The notes beneath the pieces are model-generated. The model was not told where the DNA came from, searched no databases, and saw only the letters and a list, made by a program, of their open reading frames with translations. Made by a program: the position numbers and the translations under genes. Positions 19,201 to 27,793 of a DNA stretch of 64,000 bases are shown here, in pieces. Each line of letters starts with the position of its first letter. Position 1 is the first letter of the stretch. The stretch covers positions 124,001 through 188,000 of the IMG/VR virus record IMGVR_UViG_3300043409_000928; one strand, 5' to 3'.

Positions 19201-21888
19201 TCAATTGAAAAATATCGTGGCTCTGTTACAGGAGCATTTGATTCCACAATGTGGGAAAGTGTCCCAGTAACTGGCAATTTGCTTCCATCTGCATGGATCA
19301 GTGATTACAATGGCAACGGCTGGAATGTATTACAAGTGCTTGCCCCTATGTACGTTGAAGAAGTTTGTCCCAATGCACTAGAGCAGTCGTTAAACGAAAG
19401 CAAGGCTACATTTGCTAGCCCACACGGACTGATTGTTGGAGAAAAAATCATCTTAGGCGGAAGCGGAGACGGGGCATATGATAGTGTACATGTAGTAAAA
19501 GAAGTAGTTGACGATTATAACATTTTAATTCCAGCCAGAAGTACCAGTGGCGAAATTGTTTACGATATGGTAGCCTATCGCTTGGTTGAAGTTAAATTTA
19601 ATTCTGAAGCAGAATGGCAACAATCTGGTATTAATTTTTCAGCCGGAATGAAAGCGTATATTGACTATGGTGATACAGAAGGTACATGGAAAATTGTATC
19701 TTATGTGGCTGATGGTACAAGCACTCCTGCCATTGTAACAGAGTACAGCGGGCCAATGGTGGCCAGCGGAGATATTACAACAGTACAGCTTACTGATTAT
19801 TATACACAAACTGTAGTTTCTGACGTAGAAGTATTTGATCCTTATAAAGGATTAACAATTGACCAAGTGGCTATACATTTAGATTATAAAGGAATTGTAG
19901 ATCCTGCAACTTATAATGTAACAGACTTGGGAACAACAGATGAATATGCAGTTGAAAGCTGGGGTGCAGATGAAGTTGGTAAACTGTGGTGGGACTTGAC
20001 TAAACTTCGTTACATTGAATACGAACAAACAGATGATATACAATATCGTGCAAGCCATTGGGGAGAGAAGTTTGCAAATACAAAGGCTGTGGTATATGAA
20101 TGGACAGGCACTGACAGCCTGCCTAATACCACAGATTACCCATTTGCCAGATTGGATACAAGTAGTGGACCACAAGGCCAAATTCGTTACAGTGAAAACG
20201 ACGAAACTGATTTTGACACTAGTGGAACAACTACACGCTACTATTTCTGGAATGGCAATGTTGACACAGTACCAGTAGGAATAGACCGGCCGGCCGCAAA
20301 TGCAATTGAATCAATCTTAAATGATCCAGATGCAAACGGTGTAGCTTGGATGTCGCCAATTGATACTAATGCATTTGTTATTTCAAATATCAATGACTTC
20401 TTCAATAACACTGACCGACTTGTATTAAGAATAGAACAAAATACAAATGTTGATCAAATTTACAACTTTAGTAAAATTGTTACTGAAGGATTTGCTGGCG
20501 ATGTAATTGACGACTATTTTTATAATCGATTAGAATCATCAGTTGCTGGGCGAGACAACTACAGAGAGTTGTACATCATCAAGCCATATGTGGGCGGCCA
20601 GTCTTATACCAAAGGCGACTACATTGTTAACTTTAACAATGGATATTTTAAAGCAGTGACAACACCAGGTGCGTACGGCACTAACGAGTTTCCATTGCTG
20701 ACAGGAATATCAGATCGCAGAGAAGATATCAAACGAGTATGGACAGCAAAGCCCGGGCTCGACCATAAAATTTTTATAGCGGCAAAAAACTTTGTGGCCA
20801 ATGGAACTGTTGCAGTTGATCGCGCCAGCAGAGTTATGGTGCGTAGTGCGGCAACAGCACTGATTACAAATATTTTAGAATCATTGTCACCAGAGTATTA
20901 TGCTGTGGTAAACAATCGACGAGCAGTACCAAGTAAGAAACTGCATCCGTTACGCAGATATGGCAATAAGTATTTTCCATATCCACAAAGTTGGTTTAGT
21001 AATTTGACCAATGCTCGACGAACTCTTGTTGTTGCGGCAAATGATTCTTTATTAAAGATTGATACAGTTAGTAAGGCCAATTGGGACTTCTATCTAAGAA
21101 CATACCGACCATTGTACGGAACGTACTCAAGAGACCTTAGTAAATTTTGGAAATATGTTGACTATGCAGTTGATGGATATATTCCAGGCAGCGAAGCCAA
21201 CCGGTTGACTTCATTTATACAAGTCCAAGACTTGGATAGTACAGCAACTAATTTTGCAATTGTTGACAATGCTAACAATACCATCGAAGCATACAATCGT
21301 GATGGCACAACCATTGAATTGGTATACAGAAAAAATGGTACCATACAGTTCTTGGACACAGTATGGAACGGAAGTTTAGGTGATGCATGGGACAGGAGTA
21401 GATGGGATAGAACTCCGTGGGATGACGATGGCAGTGAAATTATTGAAAGTATTTTACGAGCTCTGCGACTCAACATCTTCACAGCAACAGATGAAGGATA
21501 CTTCAATCTGCTATTCTTTGCAATGATAAAAGAAAGCCTGGTTCAAATTCCGTTTGCCAATTGGGTAAGCAAAACTACCTACCTGGATGTGGCACAAACC
21601 AGTTCAAATTCGTTGCTTAAAGTTGGCACATTCTTCAACAAGAATGACTCTACGATCAAGAAGTATTTGAATGAGGTTAAACCTTACCACAGTAAAATTG
21701 TTGACACCAATCAATACAGCAAGTCTTCATTTGCATTTGATGTTAAATTAGACGAAATCATTGCGTTAAACATTACAACTGTAACGCTTATTACAACAGA
21801 AGGTGAAGATATACTTCAAACTGAATCAAATCAGGGCATTGCTTACAAGTTTGATACTGTAACGCAGAGCCTTACAGAAGAAGGATAA
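13282..21888 (+). CDS. Very large virion structural protein (2868 aa), baseplate/tail associated
   Basis: Uninterrupted ORF after gp6; C-terminal YLNEVKPYHSKI; Trp/Asp motifs. Confidence 0.65.
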   Translation: MAKNPKKLNPIDPLIKTWPGQSLNTGVVPATTDLLPGIFRTDTNKKVISAIMEDLFQPASLETLNFLVGRNTSRSKDNNFLPHPTARRQLEAGLVVFTNDGVETLSADDVARGWEFNNRENELPVPLGVLNLPIDPDKFVNWSDYYWIEEGMPSVNVTGGTQEQYYDISRDIVGSRYYTLPIQRNGRALELKNGMRLIFQQHPFQTGIAADERIAYVSTGAMADSLHFELLGYDKQLISISVTTDSIDEVTNLPIRKTIQQVQGTDYSIYGNEIQWIVRPTVGDNIHVFLLDYYLTRDDYKQMRVWQVEGVGSEKGIRLLGRSHQITNTVYSKITQGLWDQTAIPWDRIEWDGNILGINAKHYVLQKVGAENRNAHSRVNVWYHKDTIQTLATFLDIPFNDIAKPSSKGLRPILEFDHRLELWNHGKTYRPWVNSVESSKSSPNTYVGMPLKEFSIEQKIANEDTLDYQLNTAPRILWLTTNSTVVNKIINFISEDGVITGYFVETANADDAVVVANPFYVSGLSYTEYYWLPTGEARLANYRKTRTTHPLFELYSRDGIKLSDPASTTTGTRPGVVNSTIIQLASNGDTVDNESGYKLKFLTSQFNQLSEGNIAKNAMYDISYEFTQQVYAVYFEAGAAKTVPGPYSYRIIQGKPLEYELSNGWKRAWFRLKSWAIRRIDITGDTVIPLDTTMWPTYNWGISPIAGEAKFIHLDDFKPVVENCAVVARGELAIFDMYFPLVSSVIVNFGSAEIELDVVNGKLEFVVPSTASDICTISWLNNKLTFRVIETYQDPRNVKVKLNGLPAEYEFNVVRAGTDILSVSLVMTGTGTIDIMHQGNRVETDILTAIPGFDLNADQLTGFGNVALSTSSLSVGRLVGGLQAEIEATKRKGQSWIDCMAVGAMSGILMAQHSSIRAAWATFKLNPSLDKLLIARSMASWRWYRRFINKLEESLTILDLDNTTTASALDRILEELLLGTNYSSTDAVTGMAFTTNGMLPTEYNVTVLQSRFALASLLETGINGNDHVYFYLNGQLLKNRVDYTFDTVSNEVVLKLPASVGSTVTIFQANEADVFTAIPASPAKLGLSGVYEPKIVVEAWGDETRTLIQRHDGSRITAYTPPDESTVENYILNKIILEFETRVFNGIIKTVGDIGVQLQVNNFNNKDPLEALARAQLEWYSTNSINFRDRSDFKLTDPWTWNYSGYSWRGMYINYFGTYNLNTAPWESLGYSIMPAWWDSHYSWTDAGKRASLEFALQNGITSSPADALTINPAFVRNVDSFPVGTDGKLLDPVIWGIDAPTADEAEQPWEIGSWGTAETAWRRSIAGAWAGVLYAVNDYAYLSEFFDSSVDPFSMQLQFDNDSVKPKSFNSMSPSQFFQDRPTVGIGAVIFEAYREFNLIGETPLIDLMSINIRVGFGIGGFSDNDFTLKMPFAKFQIGSYVPDEDVLMTLSEGVALPALRYTAVRIEKDNEGFRVYGFDPGQRYFTIFQPSTRSSTGNFPSTRQQLVTSYGTFIEYLEWDQAGTVVPYGQLVSNKQDLLTFLLGLGEFQASKGLMLDQINDRGTVTTWKQAAIDAFAWIEENWGDRHYCVVGVATNDGLKFYHERGMLDRLDSEVGQSGKILFNSGRSALANEILITREYEPNVDKISPASDEQIVFADIRLREYEHVVYINRRTKFSDTIVDFLTGARLDSLKFSGRRSYAWTGRPNARGLIPNETGIVPSFDAIVSDIIESHKPESSAFDGFKSRVSRANSVPSKDTVVFDIIQDPNAAFLYRQGLQTASGTNLAIDALFRNVNFDIPGRLQDVSVNEQWMFDTGNYGRLGEQKIWEIELRKEDFTGNRQIIRFKEVNTAVDLQGDNIIDIIGVNDPRWVTRPTNSVDFRTISRNNITLEYSKQNGWLPSAGIAELTDTNIQIVTLDDLNYSDLLGLTDIANNVTNTLTTGKLFAIRSFSKYGDYEVGDYTWYTGILYQSIEKYRGSVTGAFDSTMWESVPVTGNLLPSAWISDYNGNGWNVLQVLAPMYVEEVCPNALEQSLNESKATFASPHGLIVGEKIILGGSGDGAYDSVHVVKEVVDDYNILIPARSTSGEIVYDMVAYRLVEVKFNSEAEWQQSGINFSAGMKAYIDYGDTEGTWKIVSYVADGTSTPAIVTEYSGPMVASGDITTVQLTDYYTQTVVSDVEVFDPYKGLTIDQVAIHLDYKGIVDPATYNVTDLGTTDEYAVESWGADEVGKLWWDLTKLRYIEYEQTDDIQYRASHWGEKFANTKAVVYEWTGTDSLPNTTDYPFARLDTSSGPQGQIRYSENDETDFDTSGTTTRYYFWNGNVDTVPVGIDRPAANAIESILNDPDANGVAWMSPIDTNAFVISNINDFFNNTDRLVLRIEQNTNVDQIYNFSKIVTEGFAGDVIDDYFYNRLESSVAGRDNYRELYIIKPYVGGQSYTKGDYIVNFNNGYFKAVTTPGAYGTNEFPLLTGISDRREDIKRVWTAKPGLDHKIFIAAKNFVANGTVAVDRASRVMVRSAATALITNILESLSPEYYAVVNNRRAVPSKKLHPLRRYGNKYFPYPQSWFSNLTNARRTLVVAANDSLLKIDTVSKANWDFYLRTYRPLYGTYSRDLSKFWKYVDYAVDGYIPGSEANRLTSFIQVQDLDSTATNFAIVDNANNTIEAYNRDGTTIELVYRKNGTIQFLDTVWNGSLGDAWDRSRWDRTPWDDDGSEIIESILRALRLNIFTATDEGYFNLLFFAMIKESLVQIPFANWVSKTTYLDVAQTSSNSLLKVGTFFNKNDSTIKKYLNEVKPYHSKIVDTNQYSKSSFAFDVKLDEIIALNITTVTLITTEGEDILQTESNQGIAYKFDTVTQSLTEEG

Positions 21889-21909
21889 AGTGGGTTATTT
21901 CAAGTAAAC

Positions 21910-21915
21910 TAAATA
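21910..21915 (+). promoter_or_regulatory. Late promoter motif TAAATA, 5 nt before ATG 21921
   Basis: cTAAATAtgcttATG. Confidence 0.65.
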
Positions 21916-21920
21916 TGCTT

Positions 21921-22547
21921 ATGAACAAGATTCAATTACCAGTCAGTATCGAAACATTTATTGTCATCAAAGATGCCGATACCGGAGAAATATTGCGTGA
22001 AGGCTCCAATGCCATTCACCAGGAAAACATGAGCACCGCCATTGCAACGGGACTGTCCCGTGGTAATAATCACTTTATCAGTGAAATACACTTTGGCATT
22101 GGTGCAAGTATTACAGGCATTGACGGAGTAATTACATACCGCAAGCCCAATGTAACTGGCATTGACGCCAACTTACACAAAGCAACATATTTTAGGGTAG
22201 TCGACGACGAAGACCTAAACAATCCAGACGCAGAAGCAAACAATGTGACTGTGACACATACAACAGGCACAACCTATGCAGATACTATTGTGACCGCAAC
22301 AATTGATTATAGTGATCCGTTGGTAAACGACAGCACATATAACATTGTTAACGGTACACAACAAAGCTTAGATGCCACAACCAGTGTTGACGGTGAGGTT
22401 GTGTTTGATGAAATTGGATTAAAAACCAAAGGGACAACTGGGGTCAATACAGGTAATTTGCTCACGCATTTTATATTCCACCCAGTTGAAAAGCAAATTA
22501 ATCAGCGTATACAAATTATATACACACTGAGAGTGCAGACCGGTTAA
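21921..22547 (+). CDS. Putative virion structural protein
   Basis: Structural operon context; FDEIGL...LLTHFIFHPVEK..N..I.I.YTLR C-terminus; start reassigned to 21921. Confidence 0.55.
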   Translation: MNKIQLPVSIETFIVIKDADTGEILREGSNAIHQENMSTAIATGLSRGNNHFISEIHFGIGASITGIDGVITYRKPNVTGIDANLHKATYFRVVDDEDLNNPDAEANNVTVTHTTGTTYADTIVTATIDYSDPLVNDSTYNIVNGTQQSLDATTSVDGEVVFDEIGLKTKGTTGVNTGNLLTHFIFHPVEKQINQRIQIIYTLRVQTG

Positions 22548-22560
22548 AACGGGTATCCGC

Positions 22561-22566
22561 TAAATA
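22561..22566 (+). promoter_or_regulatory. Late promoter motif TAAATA upstream of fibre gene
   Basis: Intergenic TAAATA followed by a 33-nt leader. Confidence 0.5.
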
Positions 22567-22599
22567 TACAAAGGCAATAAGCCAAAAGGACATGAGAAA

Positions 22600-23667
22600 A
22601 TGGCATACGAAGTAAACAAAAGCAACGGTGATATATTAGTTAACTTGATTGATGGTGAAGTTGACAATACTACTACGCCCTTAAATTTACTAGGTAAAAA
22701 CTACCTGGGATATGGCGAACTAATCGCTGAAAACTTTGTTCACATGCTTGAAAATTTTTCAAGCAGTTCAGAGCCTGTGAGCCCTATTACCGGTCAGCTA
22801 TGGTTCAACACCGGTGAGAACAGATTGGCAGTACAAGATACTGATGAACATTGGAAAACGCTGGCCCATTTGGTGAGTCGTCAGAATAGACCAACTGATA
22901 CTGCTCGCTTAGGCGACTTTTGGTGGGATACAACAAACAAAGCATTGAAGATTTATGTTGGAACAACAAGTGCAGATCAAGTACTTCCGGGCTACAATTC
23001 TGGTTGGGTAAATGCCAGTGCGTTCCAAGGCAACAGCGGTATCAGCTTTGCAGACTTACTAGATACAAACGGAACCACACACAGGGTAGTTCGTTTTAAT
23101 GTAAATGGAATCTGCGTTGTAATTCTTAGCACTGATGCAGAGTTCACAATTGCACAGTCACATGCTGTTAATGGATTTCTTAGAATTGGTAAAGGTATTA
23201 ACATGAATACCACAGGCAACGACACACAGGCATTTAATCCAAATGCGTTTAAGTTGCGCGGTATTAGTATGGAAGCTGAATTTGCTGACGTGGCTGAAAT
23301 TTATGTTGGCGATGCTACATATGAGCCAGGTACATTGGTAAGCTTGGGTGGAGTAGCAGAAGTAACACAAACAGTTGGTGTAGCAGATCAAAATATCTTT
23401 GGTATTGTTTCTACTAGACCAGCTTACTTGATGAATGCACGACAAAAGCACGAAATAAATGCAATGCCAATTGCTGTTGCAGGACGAATCCCAGTCAAGG
23501 TCACTGGCATCGTAAACAAAGGCGACAGATTAGTTGCAAGCGATATCCCTGGAGTAGCACAATCTGCCACAGTTGATGTTCCAGCCTGGAGCATTATTGG
23601 TCGTAGCTTACAAAATTTCAGCGGAGAAGGCGTCGGTAAAGTCGAAGCTACAGTTGGAGTTAGGTAA
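22600..23667 (+). CDS. Tail fibre/baseplate appendage protein with C-terminal chaperone-like domain
   Basis: N-terminal LLGKNYLGYGE..AENF..MLENF; C-terminal ADVAEIY...YEPGTLV...GRIPVKV.G...GD.LV. Confidence 0.6.
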   Translation: MAYEVNKSNGDILVNLIDGEVDNTTTPLNLLGKNYLGYGELIAENFVHMLENFSSSSEPVSPITGQLWFNTGENRLAVQDTDEHWKTLAHLVSRQNRPTDTARLGDFWWDTTNKALKIYVGTTSADQVLPGYNSGWVNASAFQGNSGISFADLLDTNGTTHRVVRFNVNGICVVILSTDAEFTIAQSHAVNGFLRIGKGINMNTTGNDTQAFNPNAFKLRGISMEAEFADVAEIYVGDATYEPGTLVSLGGVAEVTQTVGVADQNIFGIVSTRPAYLMNARQKHEINAMPIAVAGRIPVKVTGIVNKGDRLVASDIPGVAQSATVDVPAWSIIGRSLQNFSGEGVGKVEATVGVR

Positions 23668-23672
23668 GCACA

Positions 23673-26600
23673 ATGTCTACCAAACGCTATATTGTTGCTG
23701 TCAATAAAGATGTAGTCGATCTGAATCTATTTTGGAATCAGGTTGAGTCTGCCACTGCTGGCATTGCAAACATTCCTGACCGCCCAGTTGCAATAGCAAA
23801 CAATCGAAGTGCGTTTACACGAATTTGCGAATATGAGTTAACTGAAGCTGAAGCTGAACAGTTACGCAATGATCCTAGGGTGTATTCGGTTGGGCGACCT
23901 TATGAAGATTTACCTTGGATTACAATAGCACCAAACTCTATTACTCAATCTGATAATTTTACAAAACCGGCCAATGGTAACAGTAGTAACAGCTTTGTAA
24001 ATTGGGGAATGCCTCGACACAGTAGTACTAGCAATGTTTATGCAACTAATTCAAATCCACCATACATTTATGATCTAGATGGAACTGGTGTTGATGTTAT
24101 TATTTCAGACTCTGGCATACAAGCAGACCATCCTGAATTTACAGATGCTAATGGCAACACCAGAGTCTACAATCCAAATTGGGATAACATTGCTAGTCAA
24201 ATTGGTGCATCTGCTACAAGTGGATGGGATACAGCAAGTTATATCTATGGTAACACATCAAGTGTTGCAGGCCACGGTACCCATGTAGCTGGTACAGTAG
24301 CAGGAAAAACATACGGTTGGGCAAAGAATTCAAGAATACTATCATTAAGATCAACTGGGGAATTACCAGGTGACATAGCTGATGTATTTTCTATGATAAA
24401 ACATTGGCATCAAAATAAGGGCAGTAATAGACCAACCGTAGTTAATATGAGCTGGGGTACATCAATTAGTGCTAATGATCTGGGACTAACAGATCCAAGT
24501 CAAACTTCGTTGGTAAAACAGATCATTGATTCTGTAACATATCGAGGTACCACATATACTACAAATGGTTCAATTGAATCAGATAACTTCTATCAGTCTA
24601 AGGGGCTACTAGTAGGTTCTGACAATTTTGCATGGGCATCTTTGCTTAATGGTTTACCAATCCATGATACAACATATGACACTTTTATTAGTGAAATGCT
24701 AAGTGCTGGAATAGTCCTGACACATTCAGCTGGTAATAGTAGCTATAAAATTGATATACCCACTGGGCTAGATTATAATAATAATTTTTTAATAAACATT
24801 GATGCTATTTTTCCAGGATATGGAACACTTACAGTTTATTATAATCGAGGTAGCAATCCATCAGTTCCTATTACTGTAGGTAGCTTAGATAGTGTTACAT
24901 CTGGATTAACTGATCAAGCCGCAACATATTCAATGAAAGGCCCAGGCGTCGATATATGGGCCGCTGGTACTAATATTATGAGTGCCTGGGCAAACAATGA
25001 TGGTAGTAGCGTAGCGTATTTTAAAAATTCTAGCTTTAAACAAAAAAACAATACAGGTACTAGTATGGCTAGTCCTAATATTGCTGGTATAGCCGCATTG
25101 TACCTGCAACAAAATCCAACAGCAACACCTGCACAAGTTAAAGCGGCTTTATTGGCTAACGCCACCAACACAATTTTAAACACTGGAACCACAACTGATT
25201 ATACCAATGGCAGATCATTGCTAGGCAGTAGTCCTAAGGTTGCCTATATTAATACAGTAACAACTACACCACCACCAACAACCTACACATTAACTGTAAT
25301 CAAGACTGGCTCTGGCGACGGAACAATAACAAGTTTACCAGCAGGTATTACAGGTCCAGGTACAGCAACATTTGCCGCAGGCACAGTTGTTACCTTAACC
25401 GGAGCACCACAAGCAAATAGTTCTTTTGCTGGGTGGTCTGGAGCCGCAACAGGTACTGCTCCTGCAAGCATTGCAATGAATGCTAACAAAACAGTTACAG
25501 CAACATTCAATGCAATCAATGTTCCTTCTTATACAATTACAACAGCACCTACGCAACTCAGTGAAGGCGCTACAGCACCATTTGTTGTTACAACAACCAA
25601 TGTTCCAAACAATGCAACATTGTATTGGAGAATTGTCAACGGTGCCAGCAACTTTACGCAAGCAAGTGGTTCATTTACTATCGCTTCCAACAGCGGAACA
25701 TTTACAGTAACGCCTAATACAAATACCATAGTTGATGGCAATAGAACATTCGTTGTTGAAATTAAAACAGTTTCAACCAACGGGGTAACAGTTGCTACCA
25801 GCAATCCCGTTACCATTGTGGATATGAACTCATACCCAGTGGCCGGAACAGAACTATCAACATTCTGCAGAGACTATGATCAATGGGCAATGATTGCAGA
25901 TGGCGCAGGTGGGCAAACTGAACAACTTAAACAAGCAGACAGCACAAACTGCGGATATGATCCAACATGGCCAGCCAAGGACTCTATCATAAGTGAAGGC
26001 TGTGTCCCAGGTACATATACCTATAGAGTTACTCGAGCAAACGGATACAATGGAACATACAACGAAAACGAAATCAACAGTATCCGTTGTGGTTACCAGG
26101 CAACTGGCACACCAATGGGCGAACCTTATTGCCTGGGTCTTGATCGATACCAGGACTATGCAGACGGTTATGGTGGAAGATACAACCTGGTAATTGAAAG
26201 GAATAGCACACTATGCGGATATGTACCACGAATAAGACCAGCCGAAACAAAACCACAACCAGAAAAGAAGATAACAGAGCACTGGTACAATACACTAACA
26301 ACAGAAGTGAATGAGTTGTTTGGGGATATACATGCTGGCAAAGGACCTAGTGCGGATGTGACTGTGCAAGAAAGTGCAATCAAATGGGGCTGGGGCGGAG
26401 AGAATGTTGCCCAAGTTGGAGTCTCTGAAAAGATAACAGCGGTTCATACCAATAAACTTGTAAATCGTGTTAACTTGAGTACATTAAGAACTGGCAGTAG
26501 TGATCAAGAATTGGTCATTGTTTCTAAAGGTGGCAGGCTAACTGATGAGTTTTTCAAAACTGTAACAGATTTACTAGATACTGCCAGGGAAATAAAGAAC

Positions 26601-27389
26601 ACTGTTGAACCAAGTATGACCGAATTAAGCGTACTTGGATCATACAACAGCACTGAAAATTGGACCAACATTTTACAAACAGAAGTTCAATTGGACTTTG
26701 GCACTTACGAAGATGCTCGACATTTCTTTAACGCAGGCGGTGATATCAGACTTAGTTTTAGCACACAAGATGGTTACGGTCCAGGTTACCATAATTGGCG
26801 CTGTATCTTTTTTGATCAAGGAACATTAAAATTAAATGTTGATAGTCTACTCAGCTTGAACTCCCGTGGTATTACACAGGATAAAGGCTTTGCCCAGATC
26901 ATTGAAGAAGAACAATTGCTATACACTAGTCCTAGTGCCAGCGGTGGTAGTGGAGGCTATGGAGGCTATGGAGGCTATGGCGGCTATGGAGGCTATGGAG
27001 GCTATGGCGGATATGGAGGCTATGGAGGCTATGATAATTGCCACACTGGCGGATATGGAGGCTATGGAGGCTATGGAGGCTATGGAGGCTATGGAGGCTA
27101 CGGCCACCAGCATCATGACCACAGCGGATATGGCGGCTATGGCGGATATGGCGGATATGGAGGCTACGGTGGTTACGCATCCAGCCGCTTAAAAGTATAT
27201 GGTTCAATTGTCAACGATAAACTAATTTTAAGAGTAATCCTTGATAATTCTGGACTTGGAGTAAGAATTCGAGGCATAATGAAAATGGCAGTTTCTGTGA
27301 CTCATCCTTCAACTGTGACCGAAAACAATGTCACATTAACATTGCCAGTTCCTACTATAGAACTGACACAAGGCTGGACTGAAATCTAA
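23673..27389 (+). CDS. Subtilisin (S8) serine protease fused to Ig-like/repeat domains and a virion-type C-terminal domain
   Basis: Triad DVIISDSGI, GHGTHVAG, GTSMASP; oxyanion SAGN; InlB-B-like repeat YTLTVIKTGSGDGTI...FAGWSGA. Confidence 0.88.
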   Translation: MSTKRYIVAVNKDVVDLNLFWNQVESATAGIANIPDRPVAIANNRSAFTRICEYELTEAEAEQLRNDPRVYSVGRPYEDLPWITIAPNSITQSDNFTKPANGNSSNSFVNWGMPRHSSTSNVYATNSNPPYIYDLDGTGVDVIISDSGIQADHPEFTDANGNTRVYNPNWDNIASQIGASATSGWDTASYIYGNTSSVAGHGTHVAGTVAGKTYGWAKNSRILSLRSTGELPGDIADVFSMIKHWHQNKGSNRPTVVNMSWGTSISANDLGLTDPSQTSLVKQIIDSVTYRGTTYTTNGSIESDNFYQSKGLLVGSDNFAWASLLNGLPIHDTTYDTFISEMLSAGIVLTHSAGNSSYKIDIPTGLDYNNNFLINIDAIFPGYGTLTVYYNRGSNPSVPITVGSLDSVTSGLTDQAATYSMKGPGVDIWAAGTNIMSAWANNDGSSVAYFKNSSFKQKNNTGTSMASPNIAGIAALYLQQNPTATPAQVKAALLANATNTILNTGTTTDYTNGRSLLGSSPKVAYINTVTTTPPPTTYTLTVIKTGSGDGTITSLPAGITGPGTATFAAGTVVTLTGAPQANSSFAGWSGAATGTAPASIAMNANKTVTATFNAINVPSYTITTAPTQLSEGATAPFVVTTTNVPNNATLYWRIVNGASNFTQASGSFTIASNSGTFTVTPNTNTIVDGNRTFVVEIKTVSTNGVTVATSNPVTIVDMNSYPVAGTELSTFCRDYDQWAMIADGAGGQTEQLKQADSTNCGYDPTWPAKDSIISEGCVPGTYTYRVTRANGYNGTYNENEINSIRCGYQATGTPMGEPYCLGLDRYQDYADGYGGRYNLVIERNSTLCGYVPRIRPAETKPQPEKKITEHWYNTLTTEVNELFGDIHAGKGPSADVTVQESAIKWGWGGENVAQVGVSEKITAVHTNKLVNRVNLSTLRTGSSDQELVIVSKGGRLTDEFFKTVTDLLDTAREIKNTVEPSMTELSVLGSYNSTENWTNILQTEVQLDFGTYEDARHFFNAGGDIRLSFSTQDGYGPGYHNWRCIFFDQGTLKLNVDSLLSLNSRGITQDKGFAQIIEEEQLLYTSPSASGGSGGYGGYGGYGGYGGYGGYGGYGGYGGYDNCHTGGYGGYGGYGGYGGYGGYGHQHHDHSGYGGYGGYGGYGGYGGYASSRLKVYGSIVNDKLILRVILDNSGLGVRIRGIMKMAVSVTHPSTVTENNVTLTLPVPTIELTQGWTEI
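25833..26222 (+). repeat. Three 42-46 aa Cys-containing protein repeats ending in CGY
   Basis: C...A(D/N)G.(G/N)G.......S..CGY three times. Confidence 0.8.
26952..27176 (+). repeat. 9-bp tandem repeat (GGAGGCTAT and variants) encoding GGY x20 in blocks of 9, 6 and 5
   Basis: Directly visible; spacers DNCHT and GHQHHDHSGY. Confidence 0.97.
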
Positions 27390-27416
27390 TTGGACATTCC
27401 ACATTATATACGCTGA

Positions 27417-27422
27417 TAAATA
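27417..27422 (+). promoter_or_regulatory. Late promoter motif TAAATA heading the glycosyltransferase operon
   Basis: gaTAAATAac in the 27390-27447 gap. Confidence 0.55.
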
Positions 27423-27447
27423 ACAACGTATATAATATTGGAATTAA

Positions 27448-27792
27448 ATGGACAGTAAAATCACAGATGCACTTGCATTTGCCAATTATAGATTAACCCT
27501 ACAAGTACAGCGCCAAAATATTGAAGCGCGAGTCCAAACGGCCCTATTGTTGTCTTATCAAAGTGCAATTTTTAAAACTACACAAGAACTAATTTCTTTT
27601 GTTGATACAAAATTGCGACTTGGTGGCAACCTTTTTGTTCAAGACCAAACCAATAATGTAATTTCCATTCTTAATCCAGCTGAATTTTTAAGCTGTTTAA
27701 TTACAACATATGATTCAGCAATGGAAATGAAGCAAACCGAGCAACATAAATTAAAGTCAGCAAGAAGCACAGCTAAAATTGTAGGACTCTAA
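27448..27792 (+). CDS. Hypothetical protein, possibly fibre assembly chaperone
   Basis: Follows the fibre/protease genes; helical. Confidence 0.4.
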   Translation: MDSKITDALAFANYRLTLQVQRQNIEARVQTALLLSYQSAIFKTTQELISFVDTKLRLGGNLFVQDQTNNVISILNPAEFLSCLITTYDSAMEMKQTEQHKLKSARSTAKIVGL

Positions 27793-27793
27793 A

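Noticed and set aside
13282-21888. Intein or intron in the giant structural gene or nucleotide genes
   Set aside because: No intein splice motifs (C...HN), LAGLIDADG or HNH patterns or frame breaks seen.
26952-27176. Possible CRISPR array
   Set aside because: 9-bp head-to-tail units with no unique spacers; it is a coding tandem repeat.
26866-27207. Alternative-frame and antisense ORFs (MEA, SIA, HSL repeats) over the GGY tract
   Set aside because: By-products of a 9-bp repeat lacking stops in several frames; the GGY frame is continuous with the 1238-aa gene.
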